From assembly GCA_025964775.1 (NCBI GenBank), contig JAOPYE010000024.1, positions 29,125 through 93,124 of the forward strand: a DNA stretch of 64,000 nucleotides. Direction: 5' to 3'. Below the pieces are notes generated by a model. The model worked only from the letters and a program-made list of their open reading frames with translations. It was not told the DNA's origin and made no database searches. The DNA is from Marmoricola sp. (lineage in GTDB: Bacteria > Actinomycetota > Actinomycetes > Propionibacteriales > Nocardioidaceae). A program made the translations under genes and the position numbers. Below are positions 27,727 through 41,115 of this stretch, in pieces. Numbering within the stretch: the first letter of the stretch is position 1; each line of letters starts with the position of its first letter.

Positions 27727-27813
27727 GTCGCGAAGGGTACGCGGCGTTGTCCACAGACTTCTCATGCTCCCTCGGTGCAGGTCGCACGCGTGTTATTTTC
27801 GACAGCACTCGGA

Positions 27814-29559
27814 ATGTACGACGCTCGACGGGAGTCACTTTTGCTGCGCACCGGCACTGCCCGACGGGCCGGCGGTCTCGTGACCCTGATCGCACTCCTC
27901 GTCGCAGCGCTCGCCCTCGGTGCTCTGGGAACCTCGGCAGGTGCCTCGCCAAGTGCCTCACCAGGGACTCCCGGTCCGACCCCGACGTCGGCGACGGACA
28001 CCAGCAGTGCGACTCCGACGGTGACCAGCGACCCGACCACCACGGCACCGCCACCGCCACCGACCCTGGTCGCGCAGCCGGACAACGCCACGCTCCTGAC
28101 CGACTCGCACGCCTACGTCGACGTCCTGGCCAACGACACCTGCAACGGCGTCACGCCGTGCACGGTCGCCAACATGGCTCCCCCGCCTGCCACGAAGATG
28201 ACTGCCACCGCACCAGCGGGCTGGACCGTGGCCATCACCTCGACCGGGCTGATCCGCGTCGATGTCCCGCCCGACATCACTGCCGGGACCCGGACGGTCA
28301 CCTACACGATCACGGATCCCGCCACGGCGCAGCCCGCGACCGGCATCCTGAGGGTCCGGGTGAGGCTCCAGCCGACGCCGCAACGCTTCAACCCGCCCCA
28401 GGGGACCAAGTTCAGTCATGCCTTCGTGCCGGGTTCGAGCTACCAGATCCACAGCCAGATCCTGCGCTCGATCAACAGCACCCCGAAGGGCGCCCAGATC
28501 AAGATCCTGAGCTGGTCCTTCTCGAGCCCCTCCCTGCGCGCTGCCCTCGTTGCGGCCAAGAACCGGGGCGTCAGCGTCCAGATCATCCTCGCCGGGCGCT
28601 CGAACGTCACCAACTCCGACTGGGGGTTCCTGGTCACGAACTTCGGGATGAAGCGCAACCTGAAGAGCGTCACCACCGGCAGCTGGGTCTTCCGCTGCAC
28701 GCGCTCCTGCCGCGGCACCCAGGGGACGATGCATGCCAAGGTCTACATCTTCAGCCAGGTCTACAACACGCTCTGGGTCACCATGACGGGGTCGGGCAAC
28801 ATGACCGACTTCGCTGCTGTCGGCCAGTGGAACCAGATGTTCACGAACACGAACAACAAGCCTGCCTACGACGCGCTCTACAACGTGTTCCAGCAGGCCA
28901 AGAAGGACGTCCCCGCGACTCCGCAGCAGCTGACGATCAAACTGCCCACGACGACGTTCTTCTTCGCGCCCCTCACCACGAACACAGCCACGGCGGATTT
29001 CATGAACAAGGCGCTCAACACCGTCAGGTGCACGGGCAACACGTCCTTTGCCAACGGCCGGACCCGGATCAGGATCGCGATGTACACCTGGCGCGACAGC
29101 CGCGGCACCTGGCTCGCACGTACGGTGCGCCGGCTGTGGGACCAGGGCTGCGATGTCCGGATCATCTACTCGATCATGAGCGGTGGGCTCAAGCAGATCC
29201 TGTACTCACCGGCCGGCCGGGGCCGCATCCCGATGCGCCAGACCCTGCTGGTCGACAAGCTCCACCAGCCGATCTGGTACCTGCACAACAAGTACGTCGC
29301 GATCGAGGGCAACATCGGCGGGGTCCCGAACTCCTACGTCGCGTACCAGGGATCGTTCAACTTCTCCAACCTGGGGCTGACCTCGGACGAGAACTTCCAG
29401 CGCCTGCCCGGTGCGACCTGGACCACGCCGTACTTCGCGGACTTCGACCAGGTCTGGCACCAGCCCGAGACGAGGGCACCGAACCCGTTCAACTACGTCG
29501 CTCCCGAGGACCGGATCGTGCTGGGCACGGGCGTCTACAAGTACATGGAACCGAACTGA
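27814..29559 (+). CDS. secreted/anchored phospholipase D-family protein with two HKD motifs and an N-terminal adhesin-like domain
   Basis: Signal/anchor GGLVTLIALLVAALALGALG and a Pro/Thr/Ser linker. A VDVLANDT motif resembles bacterial cadherin-like repeats. HKD-1 is GTMHAKVYIF...GSGNMT; HKD-2 is LHNKYVAIEG...GSFNFS. Start ATG 27814 (GTG 27790 is possible). The 5' 800 nt of track ORF 27004-29559 is antisense to dop. Confidence 0.75.
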   Translation: MYDARRESLLLRTGTARRAGGLVTLIALLVAALALGALGTSAGASPSASPGTPGPTPTSATDTSSATPTVTSDPTTTAPPPPPTLVAQPDNATLLTDSHAYVDVLANDTCNGVTPCTVANMAPPPATKMTATAPAGWTVAITSTGLIRVDVPPDITAGTRTVTYTITDPATAQPATGILRVRVRLQPTPQRFNPPQGTKFSHAFVPGSSYQIHSQILRSINSTPKGAQIKILSWSFSSPSLRAALVAAKNRGVSVQIILAGRSNVTNSDWGFLVTNFGMKRNLKSVTTGSWVFRCTRSCRGTQGTMHAKVYIFSQVYNTLWVTMTGSGNMTDFAAVGQWNQMFTNTNNKPAYDALYNVFQQAKKDVPATPQQLTIKLPTTTFFFAPLTTNTATADFMNKALNTVRCTGNTSFANGRTRIRIAMYTWRDSRGTWLARTVRRLWDQGCDVRIIYSIMSGGLKQILYSPAGRGRIPMRQTLLVDKLHQPIWYLHNKYVAIEGNIGGVPNSYVAYQGSFNFSNLGLTSDENFQRLPGATWTTPYFADFDQVWHQPETRAPNPFNYVAPEDRIVLGTGVYKYMEPN

Positions 29560-29574
29560 TCGGTCAGCGGCCGT

Positions 29575-30306
29575 TCATCGCGCTCGTCGGGCCCTGACTT
29601 CCGCGATCCGCCAGGCCAGGACCCGGCTGAGCGCTTCGCGGGCAATCGACCCGGACATCTTCGACGACCCGGCCAGCCGATCGGTGAAGGTGATCGGGAC
29701 CTCGGTCGTCACCAGTCCTCGACGATCGGCCCGCCAGGTGTTCTCGATCTGGAACGAGTACCCGTTGGACGCCGATTCCAGGACTTCGATCGCGCGGAGC
29801 GCGGTCGCCCGGAACGCCTTGTACCCCGCAGTGGTGTCGTGCACCGAGATCCCGAGGACCCGGCGGACGTAGACGTTGCCACCGCGCGAGATCGCCCTGC
29901 GGTGCCAGGCCCAGTTCTGCACCCCGCCGCCGCGGACATAGCGTGAGCCGACCGCGACGTCGGCCGAGTCCAGGGCTGCGAAGAGAGCGGGCAACCGTTC
30001 CGGGGGATGCGACAGGTCGGCGTCCATCTGGGCGATCTGGTCGTAGCCGCGCTCGAGGGCCCAGGCGAAACCCGCCCGGTACGCCGCACCGAGGCCGCCC
30101 TTCCCCGGCCGGTTCAGCAGGTGGACCCTGGTCCCGAACAGGCTGTGCGCCGCGACCAGGTCGGCGGTGCCGTCCGGACTGTTGTCGTCGACGATCAGCA
30201 CGTCGCACTCGGGAGCAGCCTCGTGCACGGCGTCGATGACGCGTCCGACGTTCTCTGCCTCGTCGTACGTCGGGATCACGACGATCCTGCGTAGTCGCGG
30301 ATTCAC
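29575..30306 (-). CDS. ppm1: polyprenol-phosphate mannosyltransferase (GT2, Ppm1/DPM1-like)
   Basis: VVIPTYDEAENV, VLIVDDNSPDGT, GKGGLGAAYRAGF and QMDADLSHPP. The GTG at 30306 overlaps the stop of the upstream membrane GT (GTGA). Confidence 0.8.
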   Translation of the reverse strand: MNPRLRRIVVIPTYDEAENVGRVIDAVHEAAPECDVLIVDDNSPDGTADLVAAHSLFGTRVHLLNRPGKGGLGAAYRAGFAWALERGYDQIAQMDADLSHPPERLPALFAALDSADVAVGSRYVRGGGVQNWAWHRRAISRGGNVYVRRVLGISVHDTTAGYKAFRATALRAIEVLESASNGYSFQIENTWRADRRGLVTTEVPITFTDRLAGSSKMSGSIAREALSRVLAWRIAEVRARRAR

Positions 30307-31748
30307 GGCAGCAGTCTTCCGGTGCACGGGCCGTGCCCGACGACGGGGGGTCGAACCAGACCGAGGCGCAGGTAGATCGCCCGCCCGCACACCCGGGCCA
30401 CCTGGGCGTACTGGTCGCGGATCAACGACATCGCCCCGTGAGCGCTCATCCGGCCCACGGCAGCGGATCCGCGCACGACGATCCAGGTCGGGGCCGAAGG
30501 ACCCGCGAGGACCGCTGTCAGCTGCGTCATGTCGTGGTCGAGGATGTCGGCCGGCAGGCTCCACAGGTACGGGTACGGCGAACTGAGCCCGCTGATGAAG
30601 ACGATGTCTCCACCTCCGAACGCCGGGACCACGGTGTCCCCCGGATGTGCTGAGGCGGCCAGCGCATGCCCGATCACCGTGCCCGGAATGGGAAGCGGGT
30701 GCCGGATCGCCGTCACCATGGCCAGCAGTGTCGAGCCGATCACGACCGCCGTGACCACCGAGTACACCCGCGGGGCGACGGCGAGCAACGCGCCGGCACC
30801 CAGAGCCACGGCCGGCACGCTCTCGACCAGGTAGTGCAACCAGTAGCTCCCGCCGGCGAGGATGGACACGGCTGCGTACAGCAGGGTCACCGCGACGCCC
30901 AGAGCGACCGCGGGCGAGGTCGACCTGCGGACCCCGAACACGGCGAACGCCGCCAGCACCAGCGGAACCCCGGTGCGCAGGAACGCGGTCGTCATCCGGC
31001 CCAGCTGGATGCCGGTCGCGTCATCGCCCTGGACCGCGATCGCGCGCGCCGCCTTCAACCGGAACGGATAGGTCGCCTCGTAGACGCCGCCCGGCGACGT
31101 CCCGTGCAGCATCGCCCAGGCGGTGACGACCAGGTAGCACGCGATCGAGCCCATGGCGGCGAGGCCGACCAGCCGGAAGAACGCCTGCCGGGTCAGGGTG
31201 CCGGTGCGCCATGCGATCCCCCAGCACACGGCAGCGAAGACCACGACGTCAGCCATGTTCTGCTTGACCAGGAGTGCCGCTACGGCAGCAGCCCCGGCTC
31301 CCGCGGCGCTGAGCCACCTGCGGCGGTCGCTGACCGGCTGGACCGCCTCGACGGCGAGCCGGATGCCCAGCGCCAGGAACGGGACCGCGAGCAGTTCGCC
31401 GTTGACGTCGATGGCGCCGTACAGCGGGCTGGCGAGCAGCGCGCCGGCCACGACCGCCGTGCCGATCCGGCCGCGGGTTCCGAAAGCCCGGCCACCGGCT
31501 GATGCCAGCAGTGCGATCGCGATCGACGCGGCGATGGCGCCGATGATCTCGAGACTGACGAACCCGCCGGTGTGGGCGGCGACGGCGAAGATCGTGATCA
31601 GCAGGGGCGGACGGTCCACCCAGTAGTGGCCGTACAGCTCGTGACCACCGGAGTGCCACTGGCTGCCCAGGGCCAGGTAGCCGCCCTCGTCCGGTGTCGG
31701 GCCGTCCCGGAGCATGAGCATCCGCAGGACCACGGCCGTGGCGATCAC
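30303..31748 (-). CDS. polytopic membrane glycosyltransferase (GT-C fold, ArnT/PMT-like)
   Basis: 481 aa, more than 10 predicted TM helices. N-terminal DEGGYLALG...YWVDRPPLL loop is typical of GT-C enzymes. Translationally coupled to ppm1. Confidence 0.6.
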   Translation of the reverse strand: MIATAVVLRMLMLRDGPTPDEGGYLALGSQWHSGGHELYGHYWVDRPPLLITIFAVAAHTGGFVSLEIIGAIAASIAIALLASAGGRAFGTRGRIGTAVVAGALLASPLYGAIDVNGELLAVPFLALGIRLAVEAVQPVSDRRRWLSAAGAGAAAVAALLVKQNMADVVVFAAVCWGIAWRTGTLTRQAFFRLVGLAAMGSIACYLVVTAWAMLHGTSPGGVYEATYPFRLKAARAIAVQGDDATGIQLGRMTTAFLRTGVPLVLAAFAVFGVRRSTSPAVALGVAVTLLYAAVSILAGGSYWLHYLVESVPAVALGAGALLAVAPRVYSVVTAVVIGSTLLAMVTAIRHPLPIPGTVIGHALAASAHPGDTVVPAFGGGDIVFISGLSSPYPYLWSLPADILDHDMTQLTAVLAGPSAPTWIVVRGSAAVGRMSAHGAMSLIRDQYAQVARVCGRAIYLRLGLVRPPVVGHGPCTGRLLP

Positions 31749-31795
31749 CAGGAGGGTGACCGCGTGGGTACGAGTGGCCGGGACCAGGCGCGGGC

Positions 31796-33553
31796 TCAGA
31801 GGTACTGGCCGGTGTTCGCGACCGTGTCGATCGACCGTCCGGGCTCGGTGCCCTGCTTGCCGGTGATGAGCGTGCGGATGAAGACGATGCGCTCACCCTT
31901 CTTGCCCGAGATCCGGGCCCAGTCGTCCGGGTTCGTGGTGTTCGGCAGGTCCTCGTTCTCCTTGAACTCGTCCACGCAGGCCTGCAGCAGGTGCTGGACC
32001 CGAAGGCCCTTCTGGTCGTTGTCAAGCAGGTCCTTGATCGCCATCTTCTTGGCGCGGTCGACGATGTTCTGGATCATCGCCCCGGAGTTGAAGTCCTTGA
32101 AGTACAGGACTTCCTTGTCACCGTTCGCGTAGGTGACCTCGAGGAACCTGTTCTCATCGGTCTCGGTGTACATCCGCTCGACCGTCGCGGTGATCATCCC
32201 GGCCACGGTCGCAGCGCGATCGCCACCGAACTCAGCGAGGTCGTCGGCGTGGAGCGGCAAGGTCGGCAACAGGTACTTGGAGAAGATGTCGCGGGCAGAC
32301 TCGGCATCGGGTCGCTCGATCTTGATCTTCACGTCCAGGCGACCTGGCCGCAGGATCGCCGGGTCGATCATGTCCTCGCGGTTCGAGGCGCCGATGACCA
32401 GCACGTTCTCGAGCAGCTCGACACCGTCGATCTCGCTGAGCAGCTGCGGGACGATCGTGTTCTCCACGTCCGAGGAGACACCCGAGCCGCGGGTACGGAA
32501 CAGCGAGTCCATCTCGTCGAAGAACACGATCACCGGGGTGCCCTCGCTGGCCTTCTCCCGGGCCCGTTGGAAGACCAGCCGGATGTGCCGCTCGGTCTCG
32601 CCGACGTACTTGTTGAGAAGCTCGGGACCCTTGATGTTCAGGAAGTAGCTCTTCGCCTCGTGACCGGCTCCATCAGTCAGGTTCCGGGCGGCGACCTTCT
32701 TCGCCAGCGAGTTCGCAACCGCCTTGGCTATCAACGTCTTGCCGCAACCCGGAGGCCCGTACAGCAGGATCCCCTTCGGTGGCTTCAGCTGGTGCTCCAG
32801 GAACAGCTCGGGATGCAGGTAGGGCAGCTCGACGGCGTCGCGGATCGCGTCGATCTGACTGGCGAGTCCCCCGATGTCGCTGTAGTCGATGTCCGGTACC
32901 TCTTCGAGGACCAGTTCCTCGACCTCGGACTTCGGCACCTTCTCGTAGACGTACCCCGAACGGCCGTCGAGCAGCAACGAATCCCCGGCGCGGAGCGTCT
33001 CGATGTGCAACGGCTGCGCCAGGCGGACCACGCGCTCTTCGTCGGCGTTCGCCACGATCAGGGCGCGCTCGCCGTCGGCGAGCATCTCCTTGAACATCAC
33101 CACCTCGCCGATCTCCTCGAACTCGAGGGCGGCGACGACGTTGAGGGCTTCGTTGAGCATGACTTCCTGGCCCTTGGTCAGGGATTCCAGGTCGACTGCG
33201 GGACTCACCGTGACCCGGAGCTTGCGGCCGCCGGTGAAGACATCCACGGAATCGTCCTCGTTGCGCGTCAGGAAGGTGCCGAACCCGGTCGGCGGCTGGG
33301 CCAGCCGGTCGACTTCTTCCTTGAGCGTCATGATCTGGTCGCGGGCCTCGCGCAGCGTGCCGGCAAGACGTTCGTTCTGGGCGGTGACAGCCGCGAGCGA
33401 GCGCTGCGTGTCCACCAGGCGCTGGTCGAGCTCTCGTGACGATCCCGGGGCATCCGCGAGCCGACGTCGCAGCTCGCCCACCTCAGCCTCGAGGAACGAC
33501 AGCTGGCTGAGCAACTGCGCAGTGTCCTGTCCGTCGTTGCCGGAGCCTGTCAT
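31796..33553 (-). CDS. arc: proteasome-associated AAA ATPase (ARC/Mpa)
   Basis: N-terminal coiled coil, Walker A GPPGCGKT, Walker [10 protein letters not shown], and a C-terminal GQYL proteasome-docking motif. ATG at 33553 follows GGAGGTGAG. The track ORF to 34042 is a 5' extension. Confidence 0.9.
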   Translation of the reverse strand: MTGSGNDGQDTAQLLSQLSFLEAEVGELRRRLADAPGSSRELDQRLVDTQRSLAAVTAQNERLAGTLREARDQIMTLKEEVDRLAQPPTGFGTFLTRNEDDSVDVFTGGRKLRVTVSPAVDLESLTKGQEVMLNEALNVVAALEFEEIGEVVMFKEMLADGERALIVANADEERVVRLAQPLHIETLRAGDSLLLDGRSGYVYEKVPKSEVEELVLEEVPDIDYSDIGGLASQIDAIRDAVELPYLHPELFLEHQLKPPKGILLYGPPGCGKTLIAKAVANSLAKKVAARNLTDGAGHEAKSYFLNIKGPELLNKYVGETERHIRLVFQRAREKASEGTPVIVFFDEMDSLFRTRGSGVSSDVENTIVPQLLSEIDGVELLENVLVIGASNREDMIDPAILRPGRLDVKIKIERPDAESARDIFSKYLLPTLPLHADDLAEFGGDRAATVAGMITATVERMYTETDENRFLEVTYANGDKEVLYFKDFNSGAMIQNIVDRAKKMAIKDLLDNDQKGLRVQHLLQACVDEFKENEDLPNTTNPDDWARISGKKGERIVFIRTLITGKQGTEPGRSIDTVANTGQYL

Positions 33554-33693
33554 CGACCTCACCTCCACGGGAGCGTTCGTTGATTCGACCCTACCTGCGC
33601 AACTGTCTCCATGCTTAGAAGATTCGTCACGTGTTGGCCACGGTGTAGTGAAATGGCTCAGGAATGAATTTCTGGTCCAGGGACAGGACCGGG

Positions 33694-34638
33694 TCAGTCC
33701 CCGGTGTCCTCGACCAGGTCGGACGGACGCGGGCCGGAGTAGTCCTCGCCGTAAGCTCCCGGAGCCGGTCGGCGCTTCTTGCGGGGCGCCGGGTTGCCGG
33801 GCGCCATCCGCCGGGCCGTGACCAGGAAGCCGGTGTGCCCGTTCATCTTGTGGCTGGGCCGTACGGCGAGTCCCTCGACGTGCCATTCCCGCACCAGCGT
33901 CTCCCACGGTTGCGGTTCGGTGAACTCTCCGTGCGCCCGCAGCGTCTCGACGACCTTGCCGAGCTGGGTCGTCGTGGCGACGTACGCGACCACGACGCCG
34001 CCGGGAACGAGTGCCTCGGCGACGGCGTCGACGCACTCCCACGGCGCGAGCATGTCGAGCACCACCCGGTCGACGGTCCCGGCAGCGTCGACTCCCCCGA
34101 TCGACTCCACGAGATCACCGACCGTCAGCTCCCACGCCGGGTGGTCACCGCCGAAGAACTGCGTCACGTTCTTGCGCGCCACGTCCGCGAACTCCTCGCG
34201 ACGCTCGTAGGAGGACACCCGACCGGTCGGCCCCACGGCGCGCAACAGCGAGCAGGTCAGCGCCCCCGACCCGACCCCGGCCTCGACGACGCGGGCGCCC
34301 GGGAAGATGTCGGCCATGGCCACGATCTGCGCGGCGTCCTTGGGGTAGACCACGGCCGCCCCACGCGGCATCGAGACCACGAACTCGTTGAGCATCGGGC
34401 GGAACACCAGGTACTCGCCGCCGGACGTGGAGGTGACCGTGAAGCCCTCGTCGCGACCGATCAGCTCGTCGTGCTCGATACCACCGCGGTTGGTGTGGAA
34501 GGACTTGCCCGACTCGAGGCAGATGTTGTGGCGACGACCCTTGCCGTCGACCAGGCGGACCCACTCTCCCGGCTTCAGCGGGCCCCGGCTGACGCCGGAC
34601 CAGGACTGTCGGTTCGCCTCGTCGGTCATCTGCTCCAT
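33694..34638 (-). CDS. trmI: tRNA (adenine58-N1)-methyltransferase TrmI
   Basis: [45 protein letters not shown] and [11 protein letters not shown]. Confidence 0.85.
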   Translation of the reverse strand: MEQMTDEANRQSWSGVSRGPLKPGEWVRLVDGKGRRHNICLESGKSFHTNRGGIEHDELIGRDEGFTVTSTSGGEYLVFRPMLNEFVVSMPRGAAVVYPKDAAQIVAMADIFPGARVVEAGVGSGALTCSLLRAVGPTGRVSSYERREEFADVARKNVTQFFGGDHPAWELTVGDLVESIGGVDAAGTVDRVVLDMLAPWECVDAVAEALVPGGVVVAYVATTTQLGKVVETLRAHGEFTEPQPWETLVREWHVEGLAVRPSHKMNGHTGFLVTARRMAPGNPAPRKKRRPAPGAYGEDYSGPRPSDLVEDTGD

Positions 34639-34678
34639 CTCCTCGTTCGTTCGTGCTCCCCTGCCCTCATCCGCGCAC

Positions 34679-35824
34679 TCAACCTGAGGCGCCGGCCTCG
34701 AAGGCGGCGTCCACGTCGGCGGTCACCAGCAGGCCGTACAGCGACCCGTCGGGCTCGATCAGGACGTATTCGTTGGCGGGCGTGCGCGCCATCGCGCGGA
34801 TCAGGTCCTCGCCGGCAGAGTCAGCCGGGAGCACCAGACCAGCGGTCAGCGTACGGGCAACCGAGCTCACGGGCACCCACGGGCGTCGCTCCTCGGGGAT
34901 CGAGAGGAGTGCGGCTTCGTGGACGATGCCGACCAGGCTGTTGTCCGCGTCGTGGACGATGATGCCGCCGGCTCCAGCCTGCTGGGCCCGTCGCACGGCC
35001 TCGGCGACCGACAGGTCCTCGGCCACCGCCACCACCCGACGTGCCAGCGGCCTCGCCCGCAACGCCGGCAACCGCTGCCTCAGTCGTGCGTTGATCAGCG
35101 AGGCGGTGGCGCCGGACCACAGGAAGCCCGCCATCACGCAGCCGAACAGGTAGTCGGAGGGATCTGCTCGTCGGCCGAACACGGCCGGGATGATCAGCGG
35201 TGAGCCCAGGGCCAGCACGGCCGCCAGCCGACCGCCCCAGGCGGCCGCGATCGTGCCGGTGTGCATGTTGCCGCGCGCCTGCCACACCGCGGCGCGCAGG
35301 ACCCGGCCGCCGTCCAGGGGCAGCCCGGGCACGAGGTTGAGGACGCCGACCACCAGGTTGGCGCCGCAGAGCCCCTCGACCGCCAGCCGGGGCAGCCCGC
35401 TCGGCACCACAGCGAGCAGCGCCAGCGCAGCAAACCCGACAGCGAGCGAGGTCAGGGGTCCCACCACGGCCACCTTGAACTCCTGGGACGCGGTGCTGGA
35501 CTCCCCCTCGATCTCGGTCGCCCCACCGAGGAACTGCAGGCTGATCGAGCGGACCTTCAGGCCCACCCGCAACGCCATCAGGGCGTGCGACAGTTCGTGG
35601 AGCAGGACCGATCCGTAGAGCAGCATCGCGAACACCACCCCCGCGACGTACTTGCCGGCACCGAGTCCGGGGTGGACCTCCTCGACCCGGGGAGCCATCA
35701 CCACGGCGATCAGCACGGCCACCAGCAGCCACGAGGCACGCACGTAGATCGCGATCCCGCGGAACCGGCCGATCCGGAGCGTGCCTGCTGGCTGCATCAC
35801 GGGTCGGGGTTCGTCGGGGGCCAC
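34679..35824 (-). CDS. site-2 (M50) zinc metalloprotease with a C-terminal CBS pair
   Basis: HELSHALMA, LNLVPGLPLDGG, and a C-terminal CBS-like region. An alternative start at 35797 (MQPAG) is possible. Confidence 0.8.
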   Translation of the reverse strand: MAPDEPRPVMQPAGTLRIGRFRGIAIYVRASWLLVAVLIAVVMAPRVEEVHPGLGAGKYVAGVVFAMLLYGSVLLHELSHALMALRVGLKVRSISLQFLGGATEIEGESSTASQEFKVAVVGPLTSLAVGFAALALLAVVPSGLPRLAVEGLCGANLVVGVLNLVPGLPLDGGRVLRAAVWQARGNMHTGTIAAAWGGRLAAVLALGSPLIIPAVFGRRADPSDYLFGCVMAGFLWSGATASLINARLRQRLPALRARPLARRVVAVAEDLSVAEAVRRAQQAGAGGIIVHDADNSLVGIVHEAALLSIPEERRPWVPVSSVARTLTAGLVLPADSAGEDLIRAMARTPANEYVLIEPDGSLYGLLVTADVDAAFEAGASG

Positions 35825-35849
35825 GGTGAAACGCTAGCGCCCCGGCTTT

Positions 35850-36779
35850 GTGTCGATGGCAGAGCCTAGGGTGAGACCCATGGCGAAGTCGGTGACCGAA
35901 CAAGTGCGCAACGGCACTCCGGTCGACGGTGTCGACGTACTCGGTGCCCTGTCGCCCAGCCGCGCCGGCGACTTCAAGACCTGCCCGCTGATGTACCGGT
36001 ACCGCACGATCGACCGGCTTCCCGAGCCGCCCTCGCCCGATGCGGTCCGCGGGACCGTGGTGCACAAGGTGCTCGAGGACCTGTTCGACCTGCCGGCAGG
36101 AGAACGCACCCCGGCCCAGGCCGAGTCCATGATCGACGCTGCCTGGGCCCATGTCCGCGAGGACGACGAACGGGCAGCCAGCCTGTTCGCCGACGACCAG
36201 GACGAGGCGCGCGACAGCTGGTTGGCTTCCTGCCGCACGGTCCTGGCGAAGTACTTCGACCTCGAGGACCCGACCGCCCTCGAACCCGCCGAGCGGGAGC
36301 TGTACGTCGAGACCCTGCTCGACTCCAAGTTGCTGCTGCGCGGGTTCGTCGACCGGATCGACATCGCCCCGGACGGGGCCATCAGAGTTGTCGACTACAA
36401 AAGTGGGCGCAGCCCCGGAGAGGGCTTCGAGGCGAAGGCGCTGTTCCAGATGCGCTTCTACGCCCTCGTCATCTGGAGGACCCGCGGGGTCATCCCGGCG
36501 ATGCTGCGCCTGATCTACCTCGGCAACGGCGAGATGGTCAGCTACGCCCCCGACGAACAGGATCTGCGGTCCACCGAGCGCCAGCTCGAGGCGCTGTGGG
36601 CCGCGATCTCCCGGTCGACGGAGTCCGGCGACTGGCGCCCGAGCAAGAGCCGCCTCTGCGATTGGTGCGGCTTCAAGGAGTTCTGCCCGGAGTTCGGCGG
36701 CACGCTGCTCCCGCTACCGGTCAAGGCTGTGCTGGTTCACCAGGGCCCCGAGGTCGTCGACCTCGACCTCGACGAGTGA
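35850..36779 (+). CDS. RecB-family (PD-(D/E)XK, Cas4-like) nuclease
   Basis: FKTCPLMYRYR, GFVDRID...VVDYKSG, and a C-terminal Cys cluster CDWCGFKEFC. Confidence 0.75.
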   Translation: MSMAEPRVRPMAKSVTEQVRNGTPVDGVDVLGALSPSRAGDFKTCPLMYRYRTIDRLPEPPSPDAVRGTVVHKVLEDLFDLPAGERTPAQAESMIDAAWAHVREDDERAASLFADDQDEARDSWLASCRTVLAKYFDLEDPTALEPAERELYVETLLDSKLLLRGFVDRIDIAPDGAIRVVDYKSGRSPGEGFEAKALFQMRFYALVIWRTRGVIPAMLRLIYLGNGEMVSYAPDEQDLRSTERQLEALWAAISRSTESGDWRPSKSRLCDWCGFKEFCPEFGGTLLPLPVKAVLVHQGPEVVDLDLDE

Positions 36780-37352
36780 GTCGACGAACACCCGCCGCTC
36801 CCCCTCCAGCACCGGCACGTGGTTCGGCACCACCAGCACAGTGCACCCTGCGGCAACCGCGGACTTCGCGCCGGTGTTGGAGTCCTCGATCGCGAGGCAG
36901 TCTGCCGGCTCGACCCCGAGCTCGGCGGCCGCACGCAGGTAGGGCTCCGGATGCGGCTTGCCGACCGTCACGCTGTCCCCGGTGACCACGGTGGCGAAGG
37001 TGTCGGCAGGCAGGGCCGCCAGGACGGGGTCCACGAAGCGCTCGTACGACATCGTCACCAGCGCGCACGGAACGCCGGCCGCGCGCAGTCCGGCGAGCAG
37101 CTCACGGGACCCGGGCCGCCACGGCACCGACTCCTTGATCCGTGCGATCACACCGTCGAGCAGCCGTTCGACGATCACGTCCGGCGCCAGGTCGACACCA
37201 CCGTGCCGTCGGATGTACTCCGCGGAGACCAGCAGGTCGTTGCCGACCAGGTTCAGCGCGTGCTCCATCGACCAGGTGCCGCCGTGCTCGGCGACCAGCG
37301 CGAACTCGACCTCGATCCAGTACGGCTCGGTGTCGACCAGCGTGCCGTCCAT
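36714..37352 (-). CDS. HAD-superfamily hydrolase (beta-phosphoglucomutase-like subfamily)
   Basis: (W)DMDGTLVDTE motif I, VTMS motif II, and K...EDSNTG motif III/IV. The first canonical start (ATG 37352) lies inside motif I; see findings. Confidence 0.7.
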   Translation of the reverse strand: MDGTLVDTEPYWIEVEFALVAEHGGTWSMEHALNLVGNDLLVSAEYIRRHGGVDLAPDVIVERLLDGVIARIKESVPWRPGSRELLAGLRAAGVPCALVTMSYERFVDPVLAALPADTFATVVTGDSVTVGKPHPEPYLRAAAELGVEPADCLAIEDSNTGAKSAVAAGCTVLVVPNHVPVLEGERRVFVDSLVEVEVDDLGALVNQHSLDR

Positions 37353-37377
37353 GTCCCACAGGACGGCTGCCGGTTTG

Positions 37378-41115
<3,738 letters not shown>

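Noticed and set aside
27004-27813. 5' 810 nt of track ORF 27004-29559. Comparable 5' extensions occur for arc (33554-34042), prcB (25960-26199), kal (8826-9233), kamD (11134-11367), helY (18807-19520), metH (41116-41328), corA (45542-45673), ACAD (61398-61961) and def (60876-61484).
   Set aside because: Each extension overlaps a neighbouring real gene or an intergenic region. Each lacks homology to the N-terminus of its family. Internal starts with an SD sequence, or with ATGA/GTGA coupling, fit better.
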